Shown here: positions 17,773 through 27,176 of the stretch, piece by piece
Layout of the letters: each line of letters starts with the position of its first letter
Position numbering within the stretch: position 1 is the stretch's first letter
DNA from: a virus
Taxonomy: Duplodnaviria > Caudoviricetes
IMG/VR virus record: IMGVR_UViG_3300024187_000002
Span: 8,322-72,321 of that record
Direction: 5' to 3' (one strand)
DNA: 64,000 nt
Notes under the pieces: model-generated
Told to the model about the DNA's origin: nothing
What the model saw: only the letters and a program-made list of their open reading frames with translations
Databases searched by the model: none
Program-made: the position numbers and the translations under genes

Positions 17773-18174
17773 TTTAGGTGATTAGCGTGTTACCCCTAGC
17801 GCAACCTCTAGTCTTACTTGTAAGACATTTTCTTAACCTAACAAAGCAATCCGTAACCGTTAAGGTCATCGACAGCCCAGAAGCGCGAATTCAAAGAACT
17901 ATGTGCTCGAACGCGGCTTAATTATGATGCTGATTTACCGTGAAGAGTCACACGGTGTCACTTGGCAACACTATCACAGTGGAGCACTACCAGATGCTGA
18001 GAACTATACGCCTAGTTTTCACTTGTTGCAAGCACTTTGTTGTGCTATCTTCTGATTGTCCATTCGTACGGAGTCAGACATCCAAGATGCACTTGCGCCT
18101 CGACTCAAAAGGTTGGGGCGTTGGTGTCTTTACGCCACAAAGAGCGTAGACAACTCTAACAGTTCAGGACTACA

Positions 18175-18486
18175 ATGCCTCTTGAGATTATGGCGACTCT
18201 GCTGATTACCGTCTTAGCTCTGGTCGCTGCAAACTCAGTTCTACTTTGGCAACTCAGGAAGGACATCAAGAAAATGGCTGGAACAATTCTCGATCTGCAA
18301 AACGAAGTTACCGCACTAACGACCGTTGAAGAGAGCGCGGCTAAACTTTTAGACGGCCTCTCTCAACAACTGAAAGACGCGCTCGCGCAGAACGATCCCA
18401 CCGCAATTCAGAAAGTCATTGACGATTTGGATGCAGGGAAAGCAAACTTGGCGGCGGCGATTACAAGGAACACGCCAGCAGCGTAA
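18175..18486 (+). CDS. Membrane-anchored helical protein (spanin/lysis-accessory-like)
   Basis: N-terminal TM, coiled coil, C-terminal LAAAITRNTPAA of a kind common in phage lysis regions. Confidence 0.5.
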   Translation: MPLEIMATLLITVLALVAANSVLLWQLRKDIKKMAGTILDLQNEVTALTTVEESAAKLLDGLSQQLKDALAQNDPTAIQKVIDDLDAGKANLAAAITRNTPAA

Positions 18487-18500
18487 CCAAAGGAGTTCAC

Positions 18501-18725
18501 ATGCTTCTCTTACTCACAGGCGGCTTAAGCCTTAGCGCGTTGCCGTTGCTTTTGGTCTACCTGTTAATCATCCTGATCGTCGTGTCAGTGATCTATTGGT
18601 TGATTAACTCGTTCGCGCCAGAGCCGATCAAGCGTTATGCGATTGCTGTAGTGGTCGTAATCGCGGTGATTTGCTTAATCTATTTTCTACTTCAATTAGT
18701 TGGCGGCGCGTCGCCGCTTCGCTAA
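18501..18725 (+). CDS. Small 2-TM membrane protein, holin-like
   Basis: Two long hydrophobic helices joined by APEPIKR; GGAG SD. Confidence 0.6.
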   Translation: MLLLLTGGLSLSALPLLLVYLLIILIVVSVIYWLINSFAPEPIKRYAIAVVVVIAVICLIYFLLQLVGGASPLR

Positions 18726-18739
18726 AAGGAAATCAAAAC

Positions 18740-18922
18740 ATGAAAATCAAATGGTTTCGTAGTGTTCGATTTAAGAATGACTGGGAATTGAACTTCATTG
18801 GCAGAGTGTGGAACTTTAGAATCGGGCGTAGTCAATTCGCCTCGTGGCGCAACTACGAGCCGATCTTCAACCTCTTCCGCGACCATGGAAATGGCACTTG
18901 GAGTTTGCCGTTCAGCGCTTAA
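18740..18922 (+). CDS. Hypothetical protein
   Basis: AAGGA SD, ATG at 18740, Trp/Phe/Arg-rich 60 aa. Confidence 0.45.
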   Translation: MKIKWFRSVRFKNDWELNFIGRVWNFRIGRSQFASWRNYEPIFNLFRDHGNGTWSLPFSA

Positions 18923-19073
18923 ATACAAATCAGAAAGGTTTGCGGCGGGTCTTTCGGCCAATGTTCTTTGATGAAGAGAGCAGCTCGTTTGACAGGAAAC
19001 AACGACCACGTTCAAGTAGCTACGCGCTTTGCGCAACCGGCACTGACTCGCCTTCGTCTCTAGGGGATAATTT

Positions 19074-19565
19074 ATGCACAGACGTTCATTCATCCAAAGC
19101 ACCACCACCGGAGCAGCCAGCATGGTTGCGCTTGGCATGTCCAAGTGCAGCAGTCCAAGTGTCAAGGGGTCAGTTACGATCATCACTGGCGCGGTCAGTG
19201 AGCTTCAGATTCTTTTCCCTAACAACTCTGCGCTTGGCAAGATTGGAAGTCTCGCTAATGACTTCTCAAAAGACTGGTCGGCAGGCAATTTCGCTTCAGC
19301 CCGAACCGCGTTCGACAACCTCGACACTTTAATCAATCAAGTCATCACAGATTTGGGACTGAATGCGTCAACGAGAATCAAGCTAATTCTCGCGGCTTTA
19401 GGAATTGGTCTGAGAGTGCTTGCGGCGATTATCGCAGAACAGGGAAGCCAGAATACTTCTGCTTCAAGGGCTGCGAGAGTATCAGCACCATCGACAGTAA
19501 ACCGGATAAATCAACTTGCTGATCCGGTTGTGGCGGATAGGTTGCTTAAGAGTTTGAAGCCGTAG
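19074..19565 (+). CDS. Twin-arginine-signal protein, probable lipoprotein
   Basis: MHRRSFIQ Tat-like motif, h-region ending SKC-SS, amphipathic helices. Confidence 0.55.
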   Translation: MHRRSFIQSTTTGAASMVALGMSKCSSPSVKGSVTIITGAVSELQILFPNNSALGKIGSLANDFSKDWSAGNFASARTAFDNLDTLINQVITDLGLNASTRIKLILAALGIGLRVLAAIIAEQGSQNTSASRAARVSAPSTVNRINQLADPVVADRLLKSLKP

Positions 19566-19572
19566 TGCGGGG

Positions 19573-19743
19573 TTACTTCCCGACTAGCCAGACAAGAATC
19601 TTAGCGAGCGTATTTCCGTCCATTGCTTCGCCGCGCTCAATTCGGGATAGAGTGCCGTGAGATATGCCGATTTCTTTTGCGGCTTCACGTACGCCGATAT
19701 CAGACATTCTGCGCCACTTCTTTAATACTTCACCAAGTTTCAT
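19573..19743 (-). CDS. XRE-family HTH regulator (56 aa)
   Basis: Manual translation: MKLGEVLKKWRRMSDIGVREAAKEIGISHGTLSRIERGEAMDGNTLAKILVWLVGK. Confidence 0.85.
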   Translation of the reverse strand: MKLGEVLKKWRRMSDIGVREAAKEIGISHGTLSRIERGEAMDGNTLAKILVWLVGK

Positions 19744-20280
19744 TTACTTACTCCGGTCTTTTTCGGCTAATCGGCGACGTTCATCCCACGAGAGTTGCGG
19801 CCCCATTCTTACGCCGTCAATGACACGGGAAGCGGCGTGCCACCTATCGTACGATTCAGTTGTCATCCTGCTAGGCAGTTCGTCTTCGTGGATCAAGGGC
19901 GTTGTCCACGGCGGCGGTTCAACCGCAATAAATTCACCCTCACAGTTTTCTAGCTTAAACGTTCGCTGATACCCGACAGCGGACACCCACGGACGCTCAA
20001 TCTTGACTACTTCTGGCTCGAAATCGTCGTTGAGGCGATACCAGTAATAACCGTCCGGTAATCCGTTGTTGTTAGGACGCAACACCCATGTTTTAGCTTC
20101 CGTGCGACAATAGCCGCGCGAATCATCTTGCGGGTGTATGCGAAAACTCCGCGACTTGCCGCACATCGGACATTCTAGCCATTCAAAGTATACGTCATGC
20201 TCATCGCAGACTTCTCCCTCATGGCTAACCATCGTCGGACAGTTAGAAGCGGCGCAGGGGTGTATCGGCGGATAAAACAT
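19744..20280 (-). CDS. Hypothetical Cys-rich protein
   Basis: 178 aa, abuts its neighbours. Confidence 0.55.
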   Translation of the reverse strand: MFYPPIHPCAASNCPTMVSHEGEVCDEHDVYFEWLECPMCGKSRSFRIHPQDDSRGYCRTEAKTWVLRPNNNGLPDGYYWYRLNDDFEPEVVKIERPWVSAVGYQRTFKLENCEGEFIAVEPPPWTTPLIHEDELPSRMTTESYDRWHAASRVIDGVRMGPQLSWDERRRLAEKDRSK

Positions 20281-20294
20281 CTACAGTCTCCCTC

Positions 20295-20513
20295 TTAATT
20301 GCGCGTCCCGGAACAATATCGAACCGCGTGATCGTGCTTACAATCATCGCAGATAATTTGATTGCAAACTGGACACGGGAAAAAATACGCCCAGCTATCG
20401 TCAACCGTTGCACAATTTGGACATCTCATAGCTTCTCGCTTTAAGCCGTTTGATTCACGTCGCTCGACATTCGCTCTTTTAGCCAACCATGTGAATATCC
20501 AATTTCTTCCCAC
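20295..20513 (-). CDS. Small zinc-finger protein
   Basis: CPNC...CPVC....CDDC...H...C. Confidence 0.5.
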   Translation of the reverse strand: MGRNWIFTWLAKRANVERRESNGLKREAMRCPNCATVDDSWAYFFPCPVCNQIICDDCKHDHAVRYCSGTRN

Positions 20514-20834
20514 TCTTCATGTTCAAGTTCTTCTAGTAACAGCCGTCGCGCCGTTGCGCACAGTCCTGAAATACCCGCCCACGGATTACAGCGACGGCAC
20601 GAAACGCCGTGAGCTACAAGCGGTGAAGTATTCCTCTGGGAAGCCATCGTAAAAAGTTACCCGCATCTGGGAAAGGCGGCGGGTCTGCCCGATACGATCC
20701 TTTATTGCGGCCCTCGTATCAGTCTCCGCGTGGCTACTAGCCACAAGCCAACCGTATCACAACTAAGACGCTAATTCAATATTCCATTTCGTGTGAGCAT
20801 TCATGCCTACTCCAATACTCAACACAAAGTAGCT

Positions 20835-21602
20835 TCAGCCGAGTTCGCGAATCTCTACACGAACGAAATAATCTCTTTTACCAGTTGGCACCTGATTGTA
20901 TTCAAATCTGATTCGCGCCGTGTCGCCGTCGTCTACCTCAAACCAATCCGCGATGGAATCTTGAACGTGTTTGAAACTACCCGCGAGATTGTCTGTATCT
21001 AGTGCCTTTGCGCCGTAGCGGGTGAGCGAAACATGACACGGTAAACCAATCGGACTCTTACCATGCAAACCGCAAGGAATACCAGCGGCCATTAATGATA
21101 CGGCTGTCACTTCTTGCTGTTGTTTCTTTCGCCGATTCTTAGCCGTCCAATGTTCTCGCATATTAGCTTCGCTAACCGTTCTGACCGGAATCGTGAATTC
21201 TACTCGCCCTGACCGCCTCTTCCTACCGCCATTTACGCGCTTTTGAGGCTGGCTAGGCGCAATCCCCTCTAAAGGCTCTACGGTGGCACTTGGCCGGATC
21301 GGACGCTCAGGGGTCAAATCTAGCGCCCACGGGCACGGTGGCGGAATTCGCTCTTCTGGGCTTAGGCATGAATGAGGTTCAAAGTGGTGCACTTTATCCT
21401 CTGCGATTGGGTTACGAGTCCACGGTTTTGCATGGACGGCTCTTTTCAACACTCCGCAACCTTCACGGTGAACCATTGAAGGCGCGCCACGTCGTAGACG
21501 AGTCACAACATAATACTTCACTGGCGGTTTCTCACGATGTACCCGTAGGTGGGGATTATTGGCTATAGCTTGGGCTAAATCAGATGGAGTCCATCGAGTC
21601 AC
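20835..21602 (-). CDS. rusA: RusA-like Holliday junction resolvase with N-terminal extension
   Basis: C-terminal VSLTRYG...LDTDNLAGSFKHVQDSIADWFEVDDGD carries the RusA acidic catalytic pattern. Confidence 0.75.
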   Translation of the reverse strand: MTRWTPSDLAQAIANNPHLRVHREKPPVKYYVVTRLRRGAPSMVHREGCGVLKRAVHAKPWTRNPIAEDKVHHFEPHSCLSPEERIPPPCPWALDLTPERPIRPSATVEPLEGIAPSQPQKRVNGGRKRRSGRVEFTIPVRTVSEANMREHWTAKNRRKKQQQEVTAVSLMAAGIPCGLHGKSPIGLPCHVSLTRYGAKALDTDNLAGSFKHVQDSIADWFEVDDGDTARIRFEYNQVPTGKRDYFVRVEIRELG

Positions 21603-21985
21603 GCCAACCTCCCGGCGTAGAGCGGATCGTCAATCAGCGTTTCAGGGAAATCCTCACCGTTCGCCTTGCACCAGTCCCAAATGGTATCGAACTGCTTAAT
21701 ACTCACGTCGCCCTCTGGATACCATTCGCCGCGACTTAGTTTGACAAACTTCTCTTCTTTCAATCCGGTCAGCTTTTCCAGATGACCAGCGAGCCAGTTA
21801 TGCGCCCACGAATCGCACGAGTAGAGTTTGCCGTCCGGCGTTAACCATCCGTTCCGAATGTTCTCAAGATCGCGCACGGGTATTAGCCGCTTGGCGAGTG
21901 CCGCTGCTTCGCGTTTATCTTGCCGTTCCATTGCGCTAGCCCAAATCACCTCATCCACCCCAACCACTTCAACACAGAACGCCAT
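21599..21985 (-). CDS. Hypothetical protein
   Basis: Contains the GWLTPDGKLYSCDSWAH phage motif; overlaps its neighbours. Confidence 0.6.
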   Translation of the reverse strand: MAFCVEVVGVDEVIWASAMERQDKREAAALAKRLIPVRDLENIRNGWLTPDGKLYSCDSWAHNWLAGHLEKLTGLKEEKFVKLSRGEWYPEGDVSIKQFDTIWDWCKANGEDFPETLIDDPLYAGRLA

Positions 21986-22209
21986 TTAAGCGCGGGGCTG
22001 TCCACAATAATACACAGTCCAGACTTAGATAAGATTTCATCTACAGGTAATGTAGGGCGTTGATTAGGCTCGCTGAACGGCTTCCACGACTTACCGTTTA
22101 TGCCAATCCATTCTCGCCAACTTTGGGCCATGCGCGCGAGTTCGATATCGGCACGAGTAACTTTTGGTTCCTCTCTGGATGCGATTTTTAGTTTGTGTTG
22201 TGGGTTCAT
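21946..22209 (-). CDS. Hypothetical protein
   Basis: ATG at 22209 overlaps the stop of the upstream gene. Confidence 0.4.
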   Translation of the reverse strand: MNPQHKLKIASREEPKVTRADIELARMAQSWREWIGINGKSWKPFSEPNQRPTLPVDEILSKSGLCIIVDSPALKWRSVLKWLGWMR

Positions 22210-22742
22210 GTTGCCTCCGGCTGCGCGGTTCTGCCGAGTTGTCTTCGTGTCCATGCCAGCACTTTCTCGTAACGATCCTCTGGCGTGATCGGAACCCACT
22301 GTTTAGGCTTTTCTGCGGGCCAACGATACGGCCCTTCGGCCCGAACGAGTGTGCACCCGTCAAGCTGAACGTCGTTTAGTTCGACCACCTTCCACGCAAC
22401 GAGACGGGGCATTCCTAACTCCATGCCAATTTCCTCCATCTCCCCGTCGCCTTCAAGCTCGTCAACATCGCGGTCGATGCCGATTTGAGCAAGTTGTTCG
22501 CGAGTCTCCGCAATCAGATTGCGGCCCTTGTACTTTGCCAGCGCGCCTATGGCGCACACTTCGCCGTCTGCGTCAACCATCTTTCCTGCGATCAGTCTCT
22601 TGTCTGGTAACGCGAGAAGCGCGGCCTCAAGTTCGCGCAACGCCGATTGCCCCGCCTTGCCGTGAAGCGAACGGCGGCAGTTGGCTTGCCACAACTCAAA
22701 TTGACCACCAAAATCTTCGTCTTCCGAGTAGCTGATTCTCAT
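22206..22742 (-). CDS. Conserved phage hypothetical protein
   Basis: GGAG SD; RSLHGKAGQSALRELEAALLALPDKRLI...VCAIGALA. Confidence 0.65.
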   Translation of the reverse strand: MRISYSEDEDFGGQFELWQANCRRSLHGKAGQSALRELEAALLALPDKRLIAGKMVDADGEVCAIGALAKYKGRNLIAETREQLAQIGIDRDVDELEGDGEMEEIGMELGMPRLVAWKVVELNDVQLDGCTLVRAEGPYRWPAEKPKQWVPITPEDRYEKVLAWTRRQLGRTAQPEAT

Positions 22743-23233
22743 GTGGATTTCTCCTTTAATCGAGCTAGTTCATTTCGCAGCCCAACGCGGATAGCTAGAA
22801 GATCAACATATTCAAGTCTAGGATTTTCTTTGGCCATGAGCTCGATTTGAAACGTGACGCCAATGCCGTATTTAAGAAACATGCTATCCCGATAAGATTT
22901 CGAGTTTTCGTTATGCGCTTTATTGTGAAACGAGCATTGGCCGTTGCAGTTTCTTAAATCCCACCGCAGACTCAAAACTTCTCTCTTGATGTAGTGGCCG
23001 ACTTGCAAACCTTCCGTTGCTACACAGTCGAAGATGACGCATTTGCTGTCGCGGAGCTTGAGAATCTGGCGTACCAACTCGTCACAATCATCGCGGATTT
23101 CTCGCTCAGAATCCCCATCAACTGACGGCTTCTTATTGAAGCGCGGCTTGATCCTTTTACCGCGATTCATCTGAGAACGCTTCATTGGTCGATGGGCGGC
23201 TTTTGCCTCAGCGTAAGATTTCTTGAAACTCAT
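22739..23233 (-). CDS. ninG: NinG/Rap-like recombination endonuclease
   Basis: CVIFDC...QVGHYIKR...LRWDLRNCNGQCSFHN...Y...KYG. Confidence 0.8.
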   Translation of the reverse strand: MSFKKSYAEAKAAHRPMKRSQMNRGKRIKPRFNKKPSVDGDSEREIRDDCDELVRQILKLRDSKCVIFDCVATEGLQVGHYIKREVLSLRWDLRNCNGQCSFHNKAHNENSKSYRDSMFLKYGIGVTFQIELMAKENPRLEYVDLLAIRVGLRNELARLKEKST

Positions 23234-23382
23234 TGTAAGCACAAAAGAATTAACTCTGCGGCCTTCTTAGCGCGGCAGTAGCACCTTGCATACGCTAGGA
23301 ACACTCCATCAAGATACAAAGCATAAGTTAACGGTCTTTCACCGGAGTGTGTTGGGTAGAACTGGTAAACAATTCTGATCAT
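23230..23382 (-). CDS. Hypothetical 50-aa protein
   Basis: ATGA overlaps at both ends (methylase stop, ninG start). Confidence 0.45.
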   Translation of the reverse strand: MIRIVYQFYPTHSGERPLTYALYLDGVFLAYARCYCRAKKAAELILLCLQ

Positions 23383-24344
23383 GCTATCGCAGCGAAGATG
23401 CTGTCTTGTTCTGATTGTGGTTCATCAATCGCCGCGAGATTTTTGATTGCCTGTCGATAATATGAAGGTTTTAACTCAATACCGACACTCTTACGACCCG
23501 CACGAACCGCTCCATAAACCTCTGAACCTACGCCCATAAACGGCGTCAACATTGTCTCATTTGGGTTTGACCACAAAGCTAAAACACGGTCAATCACGTC
23601 AAGCTGTAAAGGGTGAACATGTTTCTCGTCGTCCTCATCTTTAGAAGCTTTGAAAGGAAGAACCCGACCTAGCCGAATGTCGTCCCAAAAGGCCGATGCG
23701 TATTGCCTCCAGATCCAGTGTGAATATCTATTTTTTGTTTGGTCGCCTTCGTATCCCCGAAAGCGCAATAATTCCTTAGGAATCTCACGCTCTCCTGCGT
23801 ATTCCAACAAGCCAATAGGATGCACGATAGGAATAGTGTTTTCGCCCTTGCGTCGAAACACTAACAACCAATCCGCAGATGCAACAGAACACCGAGAAGA
23901 ATCTTCGACAATGGTTTTATGCGCGAGGTTCTTTGCCATTGTGCGATTACGAACTGTTAGAGGTTCTTTCCAGACGGCATAGCGGGCGATATAGTGAAAA
24001 CCTTCTTTCTCGTGTAATCGAATTATGTCGCCGGGAAAGTCGATCAAATGATCACGGCCACTGTTTCCGCTTGGCACATCCATACAATGAACGGCAGTCA
24101 TTCGCCCCGGCAGCGTCAGGCGGCAAATCTCACGCACAACAAAGGCATAGTGCTCAAAGAACTGCGCGTAATCTTTGCAGTTGGAAAGGTCTTGGTCGCT
24201 GGATGAATAATGATATAGACCCCCAAACGGCGGGGAGTATAAAGACAAGTGAACGCACTCGCTTGGCAGCGTAGCCATTGTTGCGACGCAATCACCGTTA
24301 TAGAGAGCATACCTGTCAGTTATACATTGGTCGATTACAGCCAT
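23379..24344 (-). CDS. DNA methyltransferase, N6_N4_Mtase (beta class, probably m4C)
   Basis: LSLYSPPF (motif IV) precedes LTPFMGVGSE (motif I); HVHPLQLDVIDR. Confidence 0.9.
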   Translation of the reverse strand: MAVIDQCITDRYALYNGDCVATMATLPSECVHLSLYSPPFGGLYHYSSSDQDLSNCKDYAQFFEHYAFVVREICRLTLPGRMTAVHCMDVPSGNSGRDHLIDFPGDIIRLHEKEGFHYIARYAVWKEPLTVRNRTMAKNLAHKTIVEDSSRCSVASADWLLVFRRKGENTIPIVHPIGLLEYAGEREIPKELLRFRGYEGDQTKNRYSHWIWRQYASAFWDDIRLGRVLPFKASKDEDDEKHVHPLQLDVIDRVLALWSNPNETMLTPFMGVGSEVYGAVRAGRKSVGIELKPSYYRQAIKNLAAIDEPQSEQDSIFAAIA

Positions 24345-25699
24345 GAAGGTAGTACCTCCGCTTGGGTTGGGCGAAATCCATTGCGCTTAATATTCATTGC
24401 GTCCGTCATGTATTCGACAAGCACCGCAAACATATTGTCGGCAGCTTCCGCTTTTCGCTTAAGATTAGCCATTACCATTTGCTCGCCCTCGGTAGTTACG
24501 ATATCAACTTTAACGGGATTTTTCTGACCAACCCTCCAGCACCGTCTGACTCCCTGATAATACTGCTCGTAGGAATGTGACGGGAAAAAAGTCATGTGCG
24601 CACAATGTTGCAGATTCAATCCCCACGCGCCGATCTTTGGCTTGGTTATTAGAGTTCGGATTTGGCCCGAGATAAACGCGAGAAACTTTTCTTCTTTTGC
24701 TTCGTCTGAATCCTTGCCTGAGATTTGCATGCCGTCAGAAATCAATTCCTCCAAAAGATCCCCTTCCGGATTGAGTTGGCACCATACCAGTGCCGGTCTG
24801 TCATGTGAAACCAGCTCCGCAACTTTCTCGCATCGCTCTTTTAAGGTTCGCCTTCGCTCGTCGCGTTGCTCTTGAAGGTTTCGAGCCAACGGCATAAACA
24901 AACAACCGTCAGGCATTACAGTAGCGGCAATTACGTGATCCTTTTCTATTAGCGGTGGTAGCACGAACGAGGCATCGTCAAATCCTAAATCTGACGGTTT
25001 GCGCATTGCTCGCGCCCACGAGGACACCCACCGCCAAAAAGGTTTTTCAGCGTGACCCTTAAACCTCCACTTAATAACCTGACCGTGCATTCTTCCGGTT
25101 GCGGAGTTGTTTTGGTCGTTCTTGAAAAACCGATTGAGCATGTCCATATGCCCAAGTTCGCCTAACGCCTCAGATGACGTGCCGAGTTCAGTGTAATCAT
25201 TTGGCGCAGCCGTCGCCGTCGCAAGCAAGCGATAAGGCAGCTTGCGCATAAACTCAGTGATTGCTTTCCGAGTTGAACCGTCAAACGATTTAAGGATGGA
25301 GCTTTCATCACAAACCATTCCCGCAAAGTCGTTAGGGTCGAAAAGGTGTAGCCGCTCATAGTTTGTGACAGTGATATTCTTTTGCGGCTTACCGTCGCCT
25401 GACCGTTTACAGTCAATTCCGAACTTATCAGCCTCTCGCACAAACTGATGCGACACGGCTAACGGAGTGACGATTATTACCTTCTTGTTTGTGTGACGAA
25501 TGACGTTTTCGGCCCAGACAAGAGCTTGAGGACTCTTACCTAAACCACAATCTTCGAATAATCCGGCTTTCCCCTTGCGAATACTCCAATCAACAAGTGA
25601 CTGCTGGAAGTCGAAGAGAAAATCAGGCATCCAAATAGGCTCAAAACCTGAGTATCCACCTATCTGAGACTTGTCCTTTAGGAAGTCCTGATAGCTCAT
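24335..25699 (-). CDS. SF2 (SNF2-like) helicase
   Basis: DCGLGKS Walker A, DESSILK, TATAAPND, YQGVRRCWRVGQ. Confidence 0.9.
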   Translation of the reverse strand: MSYQDFLKDKSQIGGYSGFEPIWMPDFLFDFQQSLVDWSIRKGKAGLFEDCGLGKSPQALVWAENVIRHTNKKVIIVTPLAVSHQFVREADKFGIDCKRSGDGKPQKNITVTNYERLHLFDPNDFAGMVCDESSILKSFDGSTRKAITEFMRKLPYRLLATATAAPNDYTELGTSSEALGELGHMDMLNRFFKNDQNNSATGRMHGQVIKWRFKGHAEKPFWRWVSSWARAMRKPSDLGFDDASFVLPPLIEKDHVIAATVMPDGCLFMPLARNLQEQRDERRRTLKERCEKVAELVSHDRPALVWCQLNPEGDLLEELISDGMQISGKDSDEAKEEKFLAFISGQIRTLITKPKIGAWGLNLQHCAHMTFFPSHSYEQYYQGVRRCWRVGQKNPVKVDIVTTEGEQMVMANLKRKAEAADNMFAVLVEYMTDAMNIKRNGFRPTQAEVLPSWL

Positions 25700-26796
25700 A
25701 TCCGCAACTTCCCTTGAACGTAGGTAAACGCAAAAGGCAGCGGTTCTTTAGGTGTGAACTTCAACGCAGAATGGTTCGCGCTTAACTCCCAAACCATATC
25801 ACCTTTAACTATCCGAAACAGATCAAGTAATTGCACGCCGTCTATCGCGATAGGTAGCGTATCGCCATTAAGTGTTGGACAGTCAAAGGCTAACTGCTCA
25901 TTCGCTTCGCCGTTGATGCTTTGACTAAATAAATCTGATTGACCGTTCTTTAATCGAAAGTCCACGCGAGCGCCGATACGGTTTCGGTCACTGGCTAGCA
26001 ACACTCGCTTGAGCGCGGGTAAAAGAATTTCAGGGTTGATGTTGATTTGATGTTCGCACTTCGCTTCAACAACCGGAGACCAATCGCCCCACTTATGGCT
26101 TGAGAGTTTGAAGGTAGCTTCGTTTTCACCGAACCGCGCCGTCAGTACGTTTTCAGAAAGAAACAGCGTTACAGTCTCGGAATTCGCCACAAACGCGGTT
26201 AGCGCCGACACCGCCTTGGCCGGGAGCAACGCATAGAATTCTTCACCTTTGTACGGAATGCTTGTTGTGGCCGCGCGTGGGCCACACATGCCTGTTACTT
26301 GAAACCTGTCCCCTTTGGTGCATAACTCAAGATTCTTCCATGATTCTTGACCATTAGGGTTGGTTTCCATTGCGATCGACGCAGCTTTCAGCATTCCCGC
26401 GAGAGTCTTACCCTCTATGGCGATCTTTTCGTCTGCGGCTACGTCGATAAATCGAAATTCTTCTTTCGGGAGATAAGGCAATCTGTGTTTGGCCGTCTCG
26501 GTCTTGACCCAAACCTGATCATTCTCTGCCGTGATTACCACGCCACCCGACAGTAGCGCCATCAAGTCGGCAATCTGTTTGGCCTTAACGCAGAATGCGC
26601 CCTCTGTTTTGATTTCAGCGGGGACGTGAAGTGAGATGCTCATGTCCATATCCGTGCCGGATAGTTTCAGCTTGCCGGCTTGAGCCTCAATCAAAACATA
26701 CGAAAGCCACGGTAACGTTCCTTTAATCTCCGCAGAATTCAGCACGAGATTCAGAGCATCTGACAGGTCTTTAGCGTTTACAGTAAATTGAGTCAT
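25696..26796 (-). CDS. dnaN: DNA polymerase III beta sliding clamp
   Basis: LKLSGTDMDMSI, three-domain clamp pattern, ~366 aa from MTQFTV. Confidence 0.85.
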   Translation of the reverse strand: MTQFTVNAKDLSDALNLVLNSAEIKGTLPWLSYVLIEAQAGKLKLSGTDMDMSISLHVPAEIKTEGAFCVKAKQIADLMALLSGGVVITAENDQVWVKTETAKHRLPYLPKEEFRFIDVAADEKIAIEGKTLAGMLKAASIAMETNPNGQESWKNLELCTKGDRFQVTGMCGPRAATTSIPYKGEEFYALLPAKAVSALTAFVANSETVTLFLSENVLTARFGENEATFKLSSHKWGDWSPVVEAKCEHQININPEILLPALKRVLLASDRNRIGARVDFRLKNGQSDLFSQSINGEANEQLAFDCPTLNGDTLPIAIDGVQLLDLFRIVKGDMVWELSANHSALKFTPKEPLPFAFTYVQGKLRI

Positions 26797-26987
26797 TCGT
26801 GAACCCCACACAAATCGCATTCGTCACAATCTCGAACATCATCGCGATATTCTGAGTTGTCAGCCAGCGTTTCAACTTGACGCGCTAACCATTCAATCTT
26901 CTCTGCGTCAGTATTTAGCCCTAGATGCTTAGGCCAGTACCCGGTTAATGTGCCGGTTGCTATTTGCCTCAGTTCGTCAGCGTCCAT
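26793..26987 (-). CDS. Hypothetical protein
   Basis: 64 aa, overlaps its neighbours. Confidence 0.5.
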   Translation of the reverse strand: MDADELRQIATGTLTGYWPKHLGLNTDAEKIEWLARQVETLADNSEYRDDVRDCDECDLCGVHE

Positions 26988-27132
26988 GATTACGCCCCCT
27001 CGGTTTTAAGTGCACCTCAATGGCGATAGTGATCTCGGCATTAACCGTGCGCCGATTCTTCTCGGCAAGCGCCTTAAGTTTGCGGTAGATATCTTTCGGA
27101 ATATAAAGGTGCGCCTCGTGTTTCTCGCTCAT
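26977..27132 (-). CDS. Arc-like ribbon-helix-helix DNA-binding protein (51 aa)
   Basis: Manual translation: MSEKHEAHLYIPKDIYRKLKALAEKNRRTVNAEITIAIEVHL... Confidence 0.75.
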   Translation of the reverse strand: MSEKHEAHLYIPKDIYRKLKALAEKNRRTVNAEITIAIEVHLKPRGRNHGR

Positions 27133-27176
27133 ATCCTGTGATAGTATCTGAATGTCCTATCGAAGTCAATAGCGAA

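Noticed and set aside
17560-17830. CRISPR or mini-array
   Set aside because: Repeats are 5-9 bp with no 25-40-bp repeat/spacer periodicity; no cas genes.
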